Positions 1 to 8,133 of a stretch of DNA of 19,746 bases are shown piece after piece. The position numbers were made by a program, and so were the translations under genes. Each line of letters begins with the position of its first letter. The stretch's first letter is position 1. Where the stretch lies: IMG/VR virus record IMGVR_UViG_2541047849_000002; one strand, written 5' to 3'. The stretch comes from a virus. Taxonomy: Duplodnaviria > Heunggongvirae > Uroviricota > Caudoviricetes. Under the pieces are notes generated by a model. It was given only the letters and a program-made list of their open reading frames with translations. It did no database searches and was not told the DNA's origin.

Positions 1-1164
1 TTACGCCTTCTTTATATCCTCCATAATTCCAGAGTGGGACATATTTGGGACATTATCACCAAAAATGTCGTCTATTTTCCTCGCATGCTCTGTCAAATGA
101 TTAGGCGCAAGGTGAGCATACCTACGAACCATTTCTATGGACTCCCATCCGCCCATTTCCTGAAGCACTGATAATGGGACGCCTGACTGAATCAGCCAGC
201 TTGCCCAGGTGTGTCTGAGGTCATGGAAACGGAAATCTTCAATTCCTGCACGACGACAAGCTGATAGCCATGATGTCTTGCTGTCGATGCGCATCTTCCT
301 GACCGCAGGCGTTGATGTTCCATCTGCTCGCTTAGCCGCCTTGGTATGTACAAACACCCATTTGTGATGCTTGCCTATTTGATCACGCAACACTTTACAG
401 GCGGAATCGTTCAGCGCCACACCAATGGCGCGGTTTGATTTGCTCTCTTCTGGATTCACCCAGGCAACTCGTCGCTGCATGTCGATTTGTTGCCATTCCA
501 GATTTATGATGTTCGACTTTCTCAGACCAGTTGCCAGCGCAAACTTGACGACAGATTTCAGTGGTTCGGGGCACTCATCAATAAGGCGTTTTGCTTCCTC
601 CTTTTCCAGCCATCTGACTCGCTTGTTTCTGACCGCTGGTATCTTGATGACAGGCGCTTTTTCCAGCCACTTCCAGTCGCGTTCTGCAGCACGGAGAATG
701 GCCTTTATCATGGCAAGATGCTTTGCCTTTGTCTGAGTTGATACTGGCTTTGGTTCATAAACAGGCGGTTCTTTACCTTTCCTGATGGCGGCCTGAACTT
801 TCTGTTTCCATATTTCTTTCGTCTTTCTGTTATGCATTCTGCTTACAGCAGAGTAAATCTTTGCCTCCGAGATATCTTTAAGCCTTATACCCTCAAAATG
901 TTCAAGCCAGAACTCAATCCGGCTTTTATCTGAATCGAGAGATTTTTTATCAGCTTTTTCCTCAAGCCATCTTAGGCAGGCCTCTTCAAAAGTGACATCA
1001 GGTAAATCCCCTAGCTTTTCTACTCGCCAGAGTTCTGCTTTTCGCTTGTCGTGCAACTCCTGAGCTTGCCGCTTGTCCTTTGTGCCAAGAGATTCCTTAA
1101 TTCGTTTCCCGCCCGGGAGCGAATACGAGGCATACCATATTTCATTTCTGCGGAAGAGTGACAT
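1..1164 (-). CDS. intD: Phage tyrosine integrase (DLP12-type), 387 aa
   Basis: Complete minus-strand ORF, ATG at 1164-1162 and TAA at 3-1. C-terminal catalytic region [10 protein letters not shown] ... RRYAHL fits the tyrosine recombinase signature. Translation matches E. coli IntD as I recall it. Confidence 0.95.
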   Translation of the reverse strand: MSLFRRNEIWYASYSLPGGKRIKESLGTKDKRQAQELHDKRKAELWRVEKLGDLPDVTFEEACLRWLEEKADKKSLDSDKSRIEFWLEHFEGIRLKDISEAKIYSAVSRMHNRKTKEIWKQKVQAAIRKGKEPPVYEPKPVSTQTKAKHLAMIKAILRAAERDWKWLEKAPVIKIPAVRNKRVRWLEKEEAKRLIDECPEPLKSVVKFALATGLRKSNIINLEWQQIDMQRRVAWVNPEESKSNRAIGVALNDSACKVLRDQIGKHHKWVFVHTKAAKRADGTSTPAVRKMRIDSKTSWLSACRRAGIEDFRFHDLRHTWASWLIQSGVPLSVLQEMGGWESIEMVRRYAHLAPNHLTEHARKIDDIFGDNVPNMSHSGIMEDIKKA

Positions 1165-1391
1165 TTTCTTTCCTCTGTTATGCCATCACCCGCGCTCACC
1201 TGGACAGTATGCAGCGGAGACTGAAGCGCCGCAATGCAGGCTTGCCGTGTTGTGAGGTAAGGAGATTTTGGCTTGGTTGGATCTTTACGTGTTGCCTGTA
1301 GGCGGCCTGTTCGTATCCAGTTGGTGGCGGTTGGTCTGGATATCTTAAGAAACTGACAGGCCTCATCGAGTGTGAGGCTGTATGATTCCAT
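1020..1391 (-). CDS. xisD: Excisionase-like HTH protein (Xis/AlpA type), about 123 aa with an unusually long C-terminal tail overlapping int
   Basis: Minus-strand ORF directly upstream of int. ATG at 1391-1389 is preceded by a GAGGT Shine-Dalgarno. N-terminal [26 protein letters not shown] resembles the Xis/AlpA helix-turn-helix. The frame runs about 145 nt into int, so it may be frameshifted or degenerate. Confidence 0.5.
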   Translation of the reverse strand: MESYSLTLDEACQFLKISRPTATNWIRTGRLQATRKDPTKPKSPYLTTRQACIAALQSPLHTVQVSAGDGITEERKCHSSAEMKYGMPRIRSRAGNELRNLLAQRTSGKLRSCTTSEKQNSGE

Positions 1392-1641
1392 GGTTACCTC
1401 TGCTTTTTGAACGCATGTCACGTAACTTCTTAATGTGTTCTGCCGTTTCGATCTCTTCTGCTATCCGATCTGCATCAGCTTTATTCACAGGTTCAAAGTC
1501 ATGATTAAAGCGGAACATGCTGGCGATACATGTTCTGCCTTTTCGGATGTAGTGAACTTTGTTGTGGGTAGAACGCAGGATTTTGCAGGGAGTGCCGTGG
1601 TGGTCGACGTACCAGGTGTTAGGCAAAATGATTCTGAACAT
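1363..1641 (-). pseudogene. exoD: C-terminal remnant of a lambda-type exonuclease (exo); 5' part deleted
   Basis: Minus-strand frame ending ...HYIRKGRTCIASMFRFNHDFEPVNKADADRIAEEIE aligns loosely with the C-terminal ~60 residues of lambda Exo (...[33 protein letters not shown], recalled). No N-terminal exo sequence is present, and the frame abuts the start of O. Confidence 0.4.
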
Positions 1642-2461
1642 TTTTACACCTCAGTTGGCCGGATTAACACAGCACCAGCTTCTGGTCTTTCTGGCTGTCA
1701 TGCGCAAAACATATGGCTTTAATAAAAAACTGGATTGGGTTAGCAACGAGCAACTTTCCGAATTAACCGGGATATTGCCGCACAAGTGTTCTGCTGCAAA
1801 AAGTGTTCTGGTAAAGCGTGGGATTTTTATTCAGAGCGGGCGGAATACCGGCATTAATAATGTGGTCAGTGAATGGTCAACATTACCCGAATCAGGTAAG
1901 AAAAATAAAGTTTACCTGAAAGAGGTAAATTTACCTGAATCAGGTAAAAAAAGTTTACCCAAATCAGGTAAAGGCGTTTACCCGAATCAGGTAAACACAA
2001 AAGACAAACTAACAAAAGACAATATAAAACCTTTTTCGTCCGAGAATTCTGGCGAATCCTCTGACCAACCAGAAAACGATCTTCCTGTGGTGAAACCGGA
2101 TGCTGCAATTCAGAGCGGCAGCAAGTGGGGGACAGCAGAAGACCTGACCGCCGCAGAGTGGATGTTTGACATGGTGAAGACCATCGCGCCATCAGCCAGA
2201 AAACCGAATTTTGCAGGGTGGGCTAACGATATCCGCCTGATGCGTGAACGTGACGGACGTAACCACCGCGACATGTGTGTGCTGTTCCGCTGGGCATGCC
2301 AGGTCAACTTCTGGTCCGGTAACGTGCTAAGTCCGGCCAAACTCCGCGACAAGTGGACCCAGCTCGAAATCAACCGAAACAAGCAACAGGCTGGCGTGAT
2401 AGCCGGCAAACCAAAACTCGACCTGACGAACACTGACTGGATTTACGGGGTGGAGCTATGA
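1628..2461 (+). CDS. O: Replication initiator protein O (lambdoid); divergent N-terminal iteron-binding domain, lambda-like C-terminal domain
   Basis: LAVMRKTYGFNKKLDWVSNEQLSELTGILPHKCSAAKSVLVKRGIF parallels the lambda O N-domain. The C-terminal ~110 aa (...WANDIRLMRERDGRNHRDMCVLFRWACQ...WIYGVEL) matches the lambda O C-domain as I recall it. Stop overlaps the P start (ATGA at 2458-2461). Start taken as ATG 1628; the ORF track's 1559 is a TTG. Confidence 0.8.
   Translation: MILNIFTPQLAGLTQHQLLVFLAVMRKTYGFNKKLDWVSNEQLSELTGILPHKCSAAKSVLVKRGIFIQSGRNTGINNVVSEWSTLPESGKKNKVYLKEVNLPESGKKSLPKSGKGVYPNQVNTKDKLTKDNIKPFSSENSGESSDQPENDLPVVKPDAAIQSGSKWGTAEDLTAAEWMFDMVKTIAPSARKPNFAGWANDIRLMRERDGRNHRDMCVLFRWACQVNFWSGNVLSPAKLRDKWTQLEINRNKQQAGVIAGKPKLDLTNTDWIYGVEL
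1883..1994. repeat. Replication origin iterons: five 17-bp dyad-symmetric repeats (TTACCYGAATCAGGTAA) inside O, followed by an AT-rich stretch to about 2035
   Basis: Copies at 1883-1899, 1912-1929 (variant centre), 1931-1947, 1955-1971 and 1978-1994, then an A/T-rich tract at 1995-2035. Same architecture as ori-lambda, which lies within O. Confidence 0.7.
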
Positions 2462-3159
2462 AAAACATCGCCGCACAGATGGTTAACTTTGACTGTGAGC
2501 AGATGCGCCGGATCGCCAACAACATGCCGGAACAGTACGACGAAAAGCCACAGGTACAGCAGGTAGCGCAGATCATCAACGGTGTGTTCAGCCAGTTACT
2601 GGCAACTTTCCCGGCGAGCCTGGCTAACCGTGACCAGAATGAACTGAACGAAATCCGCCGCCAGTGGGTTCTGGCTTTCCGGGAAAACGGGATCACCACA
2701 ATGGAACAGGTTAACGCTGGAATGCGCGTAGCCCGTCGGCAGAATCGACCATTCCTGCCATCACCCGGGCAGTTTGTCGCCTGGTGCCGGGAAGAAGCAT
2801 CTGTTAACGCCGGGCTGCCAAACGTCAGCGAGCTGGTTGATATGGTTTACGAGTATTGCCGGAAGCGTGGCCTGTATCCGGATGCAGAGTCTTATCCGTG
2901 GAAATCGAACGCGCATTACTGGTTGGTTACCAACTTGTACCAGAACATGCGGGCCAATGCGCTGACTGACGCGGAATTACGGCGCAAGGCTGCCGATGAA
3001 CTGACCTGTATGACAGCGCGAATTAACCGTGGTGAGACGATACCTGAACCAGTAAAACAACTTCCTGTTATGGGCGGTAGACCTCTAAATCGTGCACAGG
3101 CTCTGGCGAAGATCGCAGAAATTAAAGCTAAGTTCGGACTGAAAGGAGCAAGTGTATGA
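2458..3159 (+). CDS. P: Replication protein P (DnaB helicase loader), 233 aa
   Basis: Translation MKNIAAQMVNFD...AKIAEIKAKFGLKGASV is close to identical to lambda P over its full length as I recall it. Coupled to O and ren by overlapping stop/start codons. Confidence 0.95.
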   Translation: MKNIAAQMVNFDCEQMRRIANNMPEQYDEKPQVQQVAQIINGVFSQLLATFPASLANRDQNELNEIRRQWVLAFRENGITTMEQVNAGMRVARRQNRPFLPSPGQFVAWCREEASVNAGLPNVSELVDMVYEYCRKRGLYPDAESYPWKSNAHYWLVTNLYQNMRANALTDAELRRKAADELTCMTARINRGETIPEPVKQLPVMGGRPLNRAQALAKIAEIKAKFGLKGASV

Positions 3160-3458
3160 CGGGCAAAGAGGCAATTATTCATTACCTGGGGACGCATAAG
3201 AGCTTCTGTGCACAGGACGTTGCCGCGGTAACAGGCGCAACCGTAACCAGCATAAATCAGGCTGCGGCTAAAATGGCGCGGGCAGGAATCCTGGTCGTTG
3301 ATGGTAAGGTCTGGCGAACGGTGTATTACCGGTTCGCTACCAGAGAAGAACGGGAAGGAAAGGTGAGCACGAATCTGATTTTTAAGGAGTGTCGCCAGAG
3401 TGCCGCGATGAAACGCGTATTGAGGGTATATAAAAGAACATCAATGGGTACACAATGA
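3156..3458 (+). CDS. ren: Ren-like protein, 100 aa; last ~8 residues differ from lambda Ren
   Basis: MTGKEAIIHYLGTHKSFCAQDVAAVTGATVTSINQAAAKMARAGILV... matches lambda Ren until about codon 91 and then diverges (...KRVLRVYKRTSMGTQ). This marks the left edge of the inserted island. Confidence 0.8.
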   Translation: MTGKEAIIHYLGTHKSFCAQDVAAVTGATVTSINQAAAKMARAGILVVDGKVWRTVYYRFATREEREGKVSTNLIFKECRQSAAMKRVLRVYKRTSMGTQ

Positions 3459-3525
3459 TGAAACAGGTGAGTTGATTTCAAACTGTAGTACAATTCTCTC
3501 CAGTTTGAACAGGAAAGAATATGCT

Positions 3526-3858
3526 ATGAACCCTTATATTTATCTTGGTGGTGCAATACTTGCAGAGGTCATTGGTACAACCTTAATGAAGTTTTCAGAA
3601 GGTTTTACACGGTTATGGCCATCTGTTGGTACAATTATTTGTTATTGTGCATCATTCTGGTTATTAGCTCAGACGCTGGCTTATATTCCTACAGGGATTG
3701 CTTATGCTATCTGGTCAGGAGTCGGTATTGTCCTGATTAGCTTACTGTCATGGGGATTTTTCGGCCAACGGCTGGACCTGCCAGCCATTATAGGCATGAT
3801 GTTGATTTGTGCCGGTGTGTTGGTTATTAATTTATTGTCACGAAGCACACCACATTAA
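3526..3858 (+). CDS. emrE: Small multidrug resistance efflux transporter EmrE, 110 aa
   Basis: MNPYIYLGGAILAEVIGTTLMKFSEGFTRLWPS...LSRSTPH matches EmrE. AGGAAAG Shine-Dalgarno at 3511-3517. Four hydrophobic segments. Confidence 0.95.
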   Translation: MNPYIYLGGAILAEVIGTTLMKFSEGFTRLWPSVGTIICYCASFWLLAQTLAYIPTGIAYAIWSGVGIVLISLLSWGFFGQRLDLPAIIGMMLICAGVLVINLLSRSTPH

Positions 3859-3889
3859 AAATAATTTGTTTTTAAACGACTAAAATATG

Positions 3890-3930
3890 GAGGCTCTTAT
3901 ATTTATATGAGCCTCGTTTTATGCTTTTTG
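3890..3930 (+). terminator. Putative intrinsic terminator downstream of emrE
   Basis: Inverted repeat GAGGCTC (3890-3896) / GAGCCTC (3909-3915) followed by GTTTTATGCTTTTTG. Confidence 0.5.
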
Positions 3931-4113
3931 TTAATGTCTTTATTTTTTATGTATTCTTTTGTGCTTTCAAGATTATGGCGTGAGAAAATTGCAATACGAT
4001 TATTGTTGTATATTCAAGATAATGTGACCTTAATTGTCTTTTTAAATAAAAATTAAACAAAAGTTATATCCCACCACTAAGGTTTATAAAAGCATACGTT
4101 AGCAGGTGTCACC

Positions 4114-5640
4114 ATGAAAAAAGCCATAGCATATATGCGATTTTCATCACCAGGTCAGATGTCTGGCGACTCATTGAACCGACAGAGAAGACTTATTGCT
4201 GAATGGTTAAAGGTAAATAGTGATTATTATCTTGATACCATAACATATGAAGATTTAGGATTAAGTGCATTCAAAGGAAAGCATGCACAATCAGGAGCTT
4301 TTTCGGAATTTTTAGATGCTATAGAGCATGGTTATATATTGCCAGGAACTACATTGTTAGTTGAAAGTTTGGACAGACTTTCAAGAGAAAAAGTCGGTGA
4401 AGCGATTGAGCGTCTGAAATTGATTTTGAATCACGGTATTGATGTTATAACTCTTTGCGATAATACAGTCTATAATATTGACTCTTTGAATGATCCATAT
4501 TCATTAATAAAAGCCATACTTATAGCACAAAGGGCAAATGAAGAAAGCGAGATAAAGTCAAGTCGGGTTAAATTATCATGGAAGAAAAAACGGCAGGATG
4601 CACTGGAGTCAGGCACGATTATGACGGCGTCTTGTCCGAGATGGCTCTCATTGGATGACAAAAGAACAGCTTTTATTCCAGACCCCGACAGGGTGAAAAC
4701 GATTGAGCTAATTTTTAAACTCAGGATGGAAAGGCGATCATTGAATGCAATAGCCAAGTATTTAAATGATCATGCTGTAAAAAATTTCTCAGGCAAAGAA
4801 AGTGCATGGGGGCCTTCTGTAATTGAAAAATTATTAGCGAATAAAGCTCTGATAGGTATATGCGTACCTTCATATCGTGCAAGAGGTAAAGGAATAAGTG
4901 AAATCGCTGGCTATTATCCCAGAGTCATATCAGATGATTTGTTTTACGCTGTGCAGGAAATTCGGTTGGCACCTTTTGGTATTAGCAATAGTAGCAAAAA
5001 TCCTATGTTGATAAATCTACTTCGAACAGTTATGAAGTGCGAGGCTTGTGGTAATACCATGATTGTTCATGCGGTATCTGGAAGTTTGCATGGCTATTAT
5101 GTTTGTCCGATGAGAAGACTGCATCGATGTGACAGGCCATCAATAAAGAGAGATTTGGTTGATTATAATATCATTAATGAGTTGCTTTTTAATTGTAGTA
5201 AAATCCAACCAGTTGAAAACAAGAAAGATGCTAATGAAACTTTAGAGTTGAAAATTATTGAGCTCCAGATGAAAATTAATAATTTAATTGCTGCATTATC
5301 TGTTGCGCCTGAAGTTACCGCTATAGCAGAAAAAATCAGAGTATTAGATAAAGAATTACGAAGGGCTTCGGTATCATTAAAAACTTTGAAGAGTAAAGCG
5401 GTGAGTTCACTTGGTGATTTTCATGCTATTGACTTAACCAGTAAAAATGGGCGAGAGCTATGTCGTACACTTGCCTATAAAACATTCGAAAAAATCATAA
5501 TCAATACAGATAATAAAACCTGTGATATCTATTTTATGAATGGCATTGTTTTTAAACACTATCCTTTAATGAAAACAATATCCGCCCAGCAGGCGATAAG
5601 TACTCTCAAATATATGGTTGATGGTGAGGTTTATTTTTGA
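4114..5640 (+). CDS. ybcK: Large serine recombinase (YbcK type), 508 aa
   Basis: N-terminal resolvase-type catalytic domain (AIAYMRFSSPGQ ... LLVESLDRLSRE), a Cys-rich zinc-ribbon segment (CEACGNTMIVH...YYVCPMRRLHRCDRP) and a coiled-coil region. AGGTG Shine-Dalgarno. Visibly AT-rich coding sequence. Confidence 0.9.
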   Translation: MKKAIAYMRFSSPGQMSGDSLNRQRRLIAEWLKVNSDYYLDTITYEDLGLSAFKGKHAQSGAFSEFLDAIEHGYILPGTTLLVESLDRLSREKVGEAIERLKLILNHGIDVITLCDNTVYNIDSLNDPYSLIKAILIAQRANEESEIKSSRVKLSWKKKRQDALESGTIMTASCPRWLSLDDKRTAFIPDPDRVKTIELIFKLRMERRSLNAIAKYLNDHAVKNFSGKESAWGPSVIEKLLANKALIGICVPSYRARGKGISEIAGYYPRVISDDLFYAVQEIRLAPFGISNSSKNPMLINLLRTVMKCEACGNTMIVHAVSGSLHGYYVCPMRRLHRCDRPSIKRDLVDYNIINELLFNCSKIQPVENKKDANETLELKIIELQMKINNLIAALSVAPEVTAIAEKIRVLDKELRRASVSLKTLKSKAVSSLGDFHAIDLTSKNGRELCRTLAYKTFEKIIINTDNKTCDIYFMNGIVFKHYPLMKTISAQQAISTLKYMVDGEVYF

Positions 5641-5751
5641 GTAATAATCACTTTTCCAACCGTGCTATAGTAAGAAAGTTAGGTAAGTACAATAAAAGTA
5701 TCTATCCTGAACGAAGCGTCCTGAGCTATGGTTTTACTATAGGGACTGCCA

Positions 5752-6075
5752 ATGGATGCTGGCGTTCCCGTTCTAGCAGTTCAACAATTCCCAATCACAA
5801 AACAATTCACTGATAACGAACTTTGCACACTCGCCTGGTTATGGCGAGCAGGGAATGTGATGTTAATTGCCTACCAGAACGTTACTCATCTTCTTCAGGA
5901 TGCGGAGCATGGTGAGGCTGGTCACTTCACTTCCATCGAGCAAGAATATCCCCAGAGACTCAACAGAGCGCGAGCAATCCTCGCCCGAGAAACGGCACAT
6001 GTAAAACTTCAGCCGTGGCAGGATGATAAGTGGAGTCAAGTATTGCCGCATTTACCTCAGAATCTGTTTCAATAA
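5752..6075 (+). CDS. Hypothetical protein, 107 aa, no recognisable family
   Basis: ORF with ATG and a weak AGGGA Shine-Dalgarno. Base composition by eye is less AT-rich than the flanking ybcK and HNH genes. Could be a gene fragment. Confidence 0.3.
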   Translation: MDAGVPVLAVQQFPITKQFTDNELCTLAWLWRAGNVMLIAYQNVTHLLQDAEHGEAGHFTSIEQEYPQRLNRARAILARETAHVKLQPWQDDKWSQVLPHLPQNLFQ

Positions 6076-6093
6076 AGGCGCTAGTTAGTAAGG

Positions 6094-6119
6094 CTTCCGT
6101 CATTCTGCGATGACGGAAG
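6094..6119. other. Perfect 10-bp-stem hairpin (CTTCCGTCAT-tctgcg-ATGACGGAAG) with no U-tract
   Basis: Inverted repeat read directly, 19 nt downstream of the 107-aa ORF stop. May be a terminator, RNA stability element or recombination-site remnant. Confidence 0.3.
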
Positions 6120-6249
6120 TGCGGGCTGCGTACGGGAGAGCAATTGCATGAATAATATAAATATTCCGCTCACTCCATATAGCGATTTCTGATACAAACT
6201 TATCTATTGTGGTAAAATTATAGAAACAAACTTATAGCGTACTAACCAT

Positions 6250-7032
6250 ATGGACAATATTAATAAACACGGGCTCTCAAGAAGAATACCTGAGACAATA
6301 AAACGTCAGATAAGGCAAAGGTGCGGCTTTGGCTGTGTAATTTGTGGATTTGGATTTTATGATTATGAGCATTTTAAACCTGACTTCGTTGATGCCAAAA
6401 TACATGATCCGAATGGAATGACACTTCTTTGCTCCCAATGCAATCAAAAAAGAGCTCGTGGTAGACTTTCAGCACAGACAGTGGAAATAGCTGACAGAAA
6501 TCCCAAGTGCTTACAGGCTGGTTTTGCAAATGAAATGTTTGATTTTCATAATGAGCCTATAACAGTAAAATTTGCAGGAGTGACGTTTCATAACTGTCAA
6601 AATTTGATTGTAGTCAACGAACAACCCATTCTTTCTGTGAAACCTTCACCCATACCACATGGACCGATGCTTTTATCAGGAATTTTCTGTAATTCTATTG
6701 GTAAGGAGACTTTACTGATAGATGAAAATGAATGGAAAGCTAAATCAGACAATTGGGATGTGGAGTGTACCGGCCCGCGTATAACAATACGACGTGGGCC
6801 AGGAGAGTTTGCCCTCGTTCTAAAAATGGAACCTCCAACAGGATTGATTGTTGAGCGTCTTGATATGTTGTATGAAGGGGTCAGGATGAAAGGAGATAAA
6901 GATCTGCTGGAAGTTTCGATTAATGGAGGTCCCTTGCACAGATGGCAATCATGCTCAATGTCAAATTGCCATACAGGGCTTGCGATTCAGGGCGGTATTA
7001 GAGCTGCTAATGATCCTTTGTATTGCGCCTAA
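6250..7032 (+). CDS. HNH-nuclease-domain protein, 260 aa, with an uncharacterised ~185-aa C-terminal domain
   Basis: N-terminal CGFGCVICGF...YDYEHFKP...NGMTLLCSQCNQKRA fits the HNH motif (Cys pair, catalytic His, Asn, second Cys pair). The rest has no family I recognise. Possible extended -10 promoter (TGgTAAAAT) about 30 bp upstream. Confidence 0.6.
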   Translation: MDNINKHGLSRRIPETIKRQIRQRCGFGCVICGFGFYDYEHFKPDFVDAKIHDPNGMTLLCSQCNQKRARGRLSAQTVEIADRNPKCLQAGFANEMFDFHNEPITVKFAGVTFHNCQNLIVVNEQPILSVKPSPIPHGPMLLSGIFCNSIGKETLLIDENEWKAKSDNWDVECTGPRITIRRGPGEFALVLKMEPPTGLIVERLDMLYEGVRMKGDKDLLEVSINGGPLHRWQSCSMSNCHTGLAIQGGIRAANDPLYCA

Positions 7033-7074
7033 ATCCACTAAATTGATTTTCAACAATCAACTTGCCATAATTAA

Positions 7075-7103
7075 GTCACCGGAGTTTGAACTCCTCCGGT
7101 GAC
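7075..7103. terminator. Strong hairpin, putative terminator/insulator between the island and ninB
   Basis: GTCACCGGAG (7075-7084) pairs with CTCCGGTGAC (7094-7103), a perfect 10-bp stem, followed by TTCTG. Confidence 0.45.
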
Positions 7104-7224
7104 TTCTGCGCTAAACGGGGACGTTTATGCGCACATACAATCCAACCTCTCTTCTCCATTCACAGATGCAGAAATGCACCTGCGATATTTTGCATCCAGC
7201 GTTTGATCTCTGCGGAGGTGAAGC

Positions 7225-7680
7225 GTGAACCTCCCACAAGATGGTATCAAATTGCATCGCGGTAACTTCACCGCTATCGGTCGGCAGATCCAGCCTTATC
7301 TGGAGGACGGCAAATGCTTTCGCATGGTGCTTAAACCGTGGCGCGAGAGACGCAGTCTTTCCCAGAATGCACTCAGCCACATGTGGTACAGCGAAATCAG
7401 TGAATACCTCATCAGCAGGGGTAAAACGTTCGCCACTCCAGCTTGGGTAAAAGATGCTCTCAAACACACTTATCTCGGTTATGAAACCAAAGAACTGGTT
7501 GATGTCGTAACCGGTGAAATCACCACCATTCAGTCATTACGTCATACCTCCAATCTTGATACCGGAGAGATGTATGTCTTCCTGTGTAAGGTTGAAGCCT
7601 GGGCGATGAATATTGGCTGCCACCTGACTATTCCGCAGAGCTGCGAGTTCCAGCTGCTGCGCGACAAGCAGGAGGCGTAA
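7225..7680 (+). CDS. ybcN: NinB-family recombination protein (YbcN), 151 aa
   Basis: GTG start with GGAGG Shine-Dalgarno. [15 protein letters not shown]...[20 protein letters not shown] matches YbcN and the NinB core motif. Confidence 0.9.
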   Translation: MNLPQDGIKLHRGNFTAIGRQIQPYLEDGKCFRMVLKPWRERRSLSQNALSHMWYSEISEYLISRGKTFATPAWVKDALKHTYLGYETKELVDVVTGEITTIQSLRHTSNLDTGEMYVFLCKVEAWAMNIGCHLTIPQSCEFQLLRDKQEA

Positions 7681-7850
7681 TGGCTACACCGCTTATTCGT
7701 GTCATGAACGGACACATCTACAGAGTACCAAATCGTCGTAAGCGTAAGCCTGAGCTGAAACCATCCGAAATACCAACACTGCTCGGATATACCGCCAGCC
7801 TGGTTGATAAAAAATGGTTGCGACTGGCAGCAAGGAGGAATCATGGCTGA
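7680..7850 (+). CDS. ninE: NinE protein, 56 aa
   Basis: ATG overlaps the ybcN stop (TAATG). Translation [56 protein letters not shown]. Below the ORF-track length cutoff; found by manual translation. Confidence 0.8.
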   Translation: MATPLIRVMNGHIYRVPNRRKRKPELKPSEIPTLLGYTASLVDKKWLRLAARRNHG

Positions 7851-8133
7851 TTTGAGAAAAGCAGCGCGTGGTCGGGAATGCCAGGTAAGAATCCCTGGCG
7901 TATGTAATGGCAACCCTGAAACGTCTGTACTGGCACATATCCGGCTGACTGGATTGTGCGGCACCGGTACCAAACCGCCAGACCTGATTGCCACCATTGC
8001 ATGTTCTGCCTGCCACGACGAAATCGACCGCCGCACACATTTTGTCGATGCTGCATATGCAAAAGAATGCGCGCTGGAAGGTATGGCGAGAACACAGGTT
8101 ATCTGGCTGAAAGAGGGGGTTATTAAGGCGTGA
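7843..8133 (+). CDS. ybcO: YbcO, putative Cys-rich metal-binding nuclease, 96 aa
   Basis: ATG at 7843 with AAGGAGG Shine-Dalgarno, overlapping the ninE 3' end. [23 protein letters not shown]...[13 protein letters not shown] matches YbcO. Confidence 0.85.
   Translation: MADLRKAARGRECQVRIPGVCNGNPETSVLAHIRLTGLCGTGTKPPDLIATIACSACHDEIDRRTHFVDAAYAKECALEGMARTQVIWLKEGVIKA

Noticed and set aside
425-741. Two plus-strand ORFs (103 and 84 aa) inside the integrase gene
   Set aside because: Antisense to a confidently identified integrase; no ribosome-binding site or recognisable family.
1559-1627. Upstream TTG start for O giving a 300-aa protein
   Set aside because: Position 1559 is TTG, not ATG. The ATG at 1628 begins the region that aligns to the O family. 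Kept as an alternative because the native 5' end may have been lost in the deletion.
1883-1994. Short direct repeats that could be mistaken for a CRISPR array
   Set aside because: Repeats are 17 bp with 2-12 bp gaps, internally palindromic, inside the coding sequence of replication protein O and followed by an AT-rich tract. This is the iteron pattern of a lambdoid origin, not repeat-spacer architecture, and there are no cas genes.
3472-3525. Extended N-terminus for emrE from the ORF-track start
   Set aside because: EmrE family proteins begin MNPYIYL; the ATG at 3526 has a proper Shine-Dalgarno and the upstream codons are not conserved.
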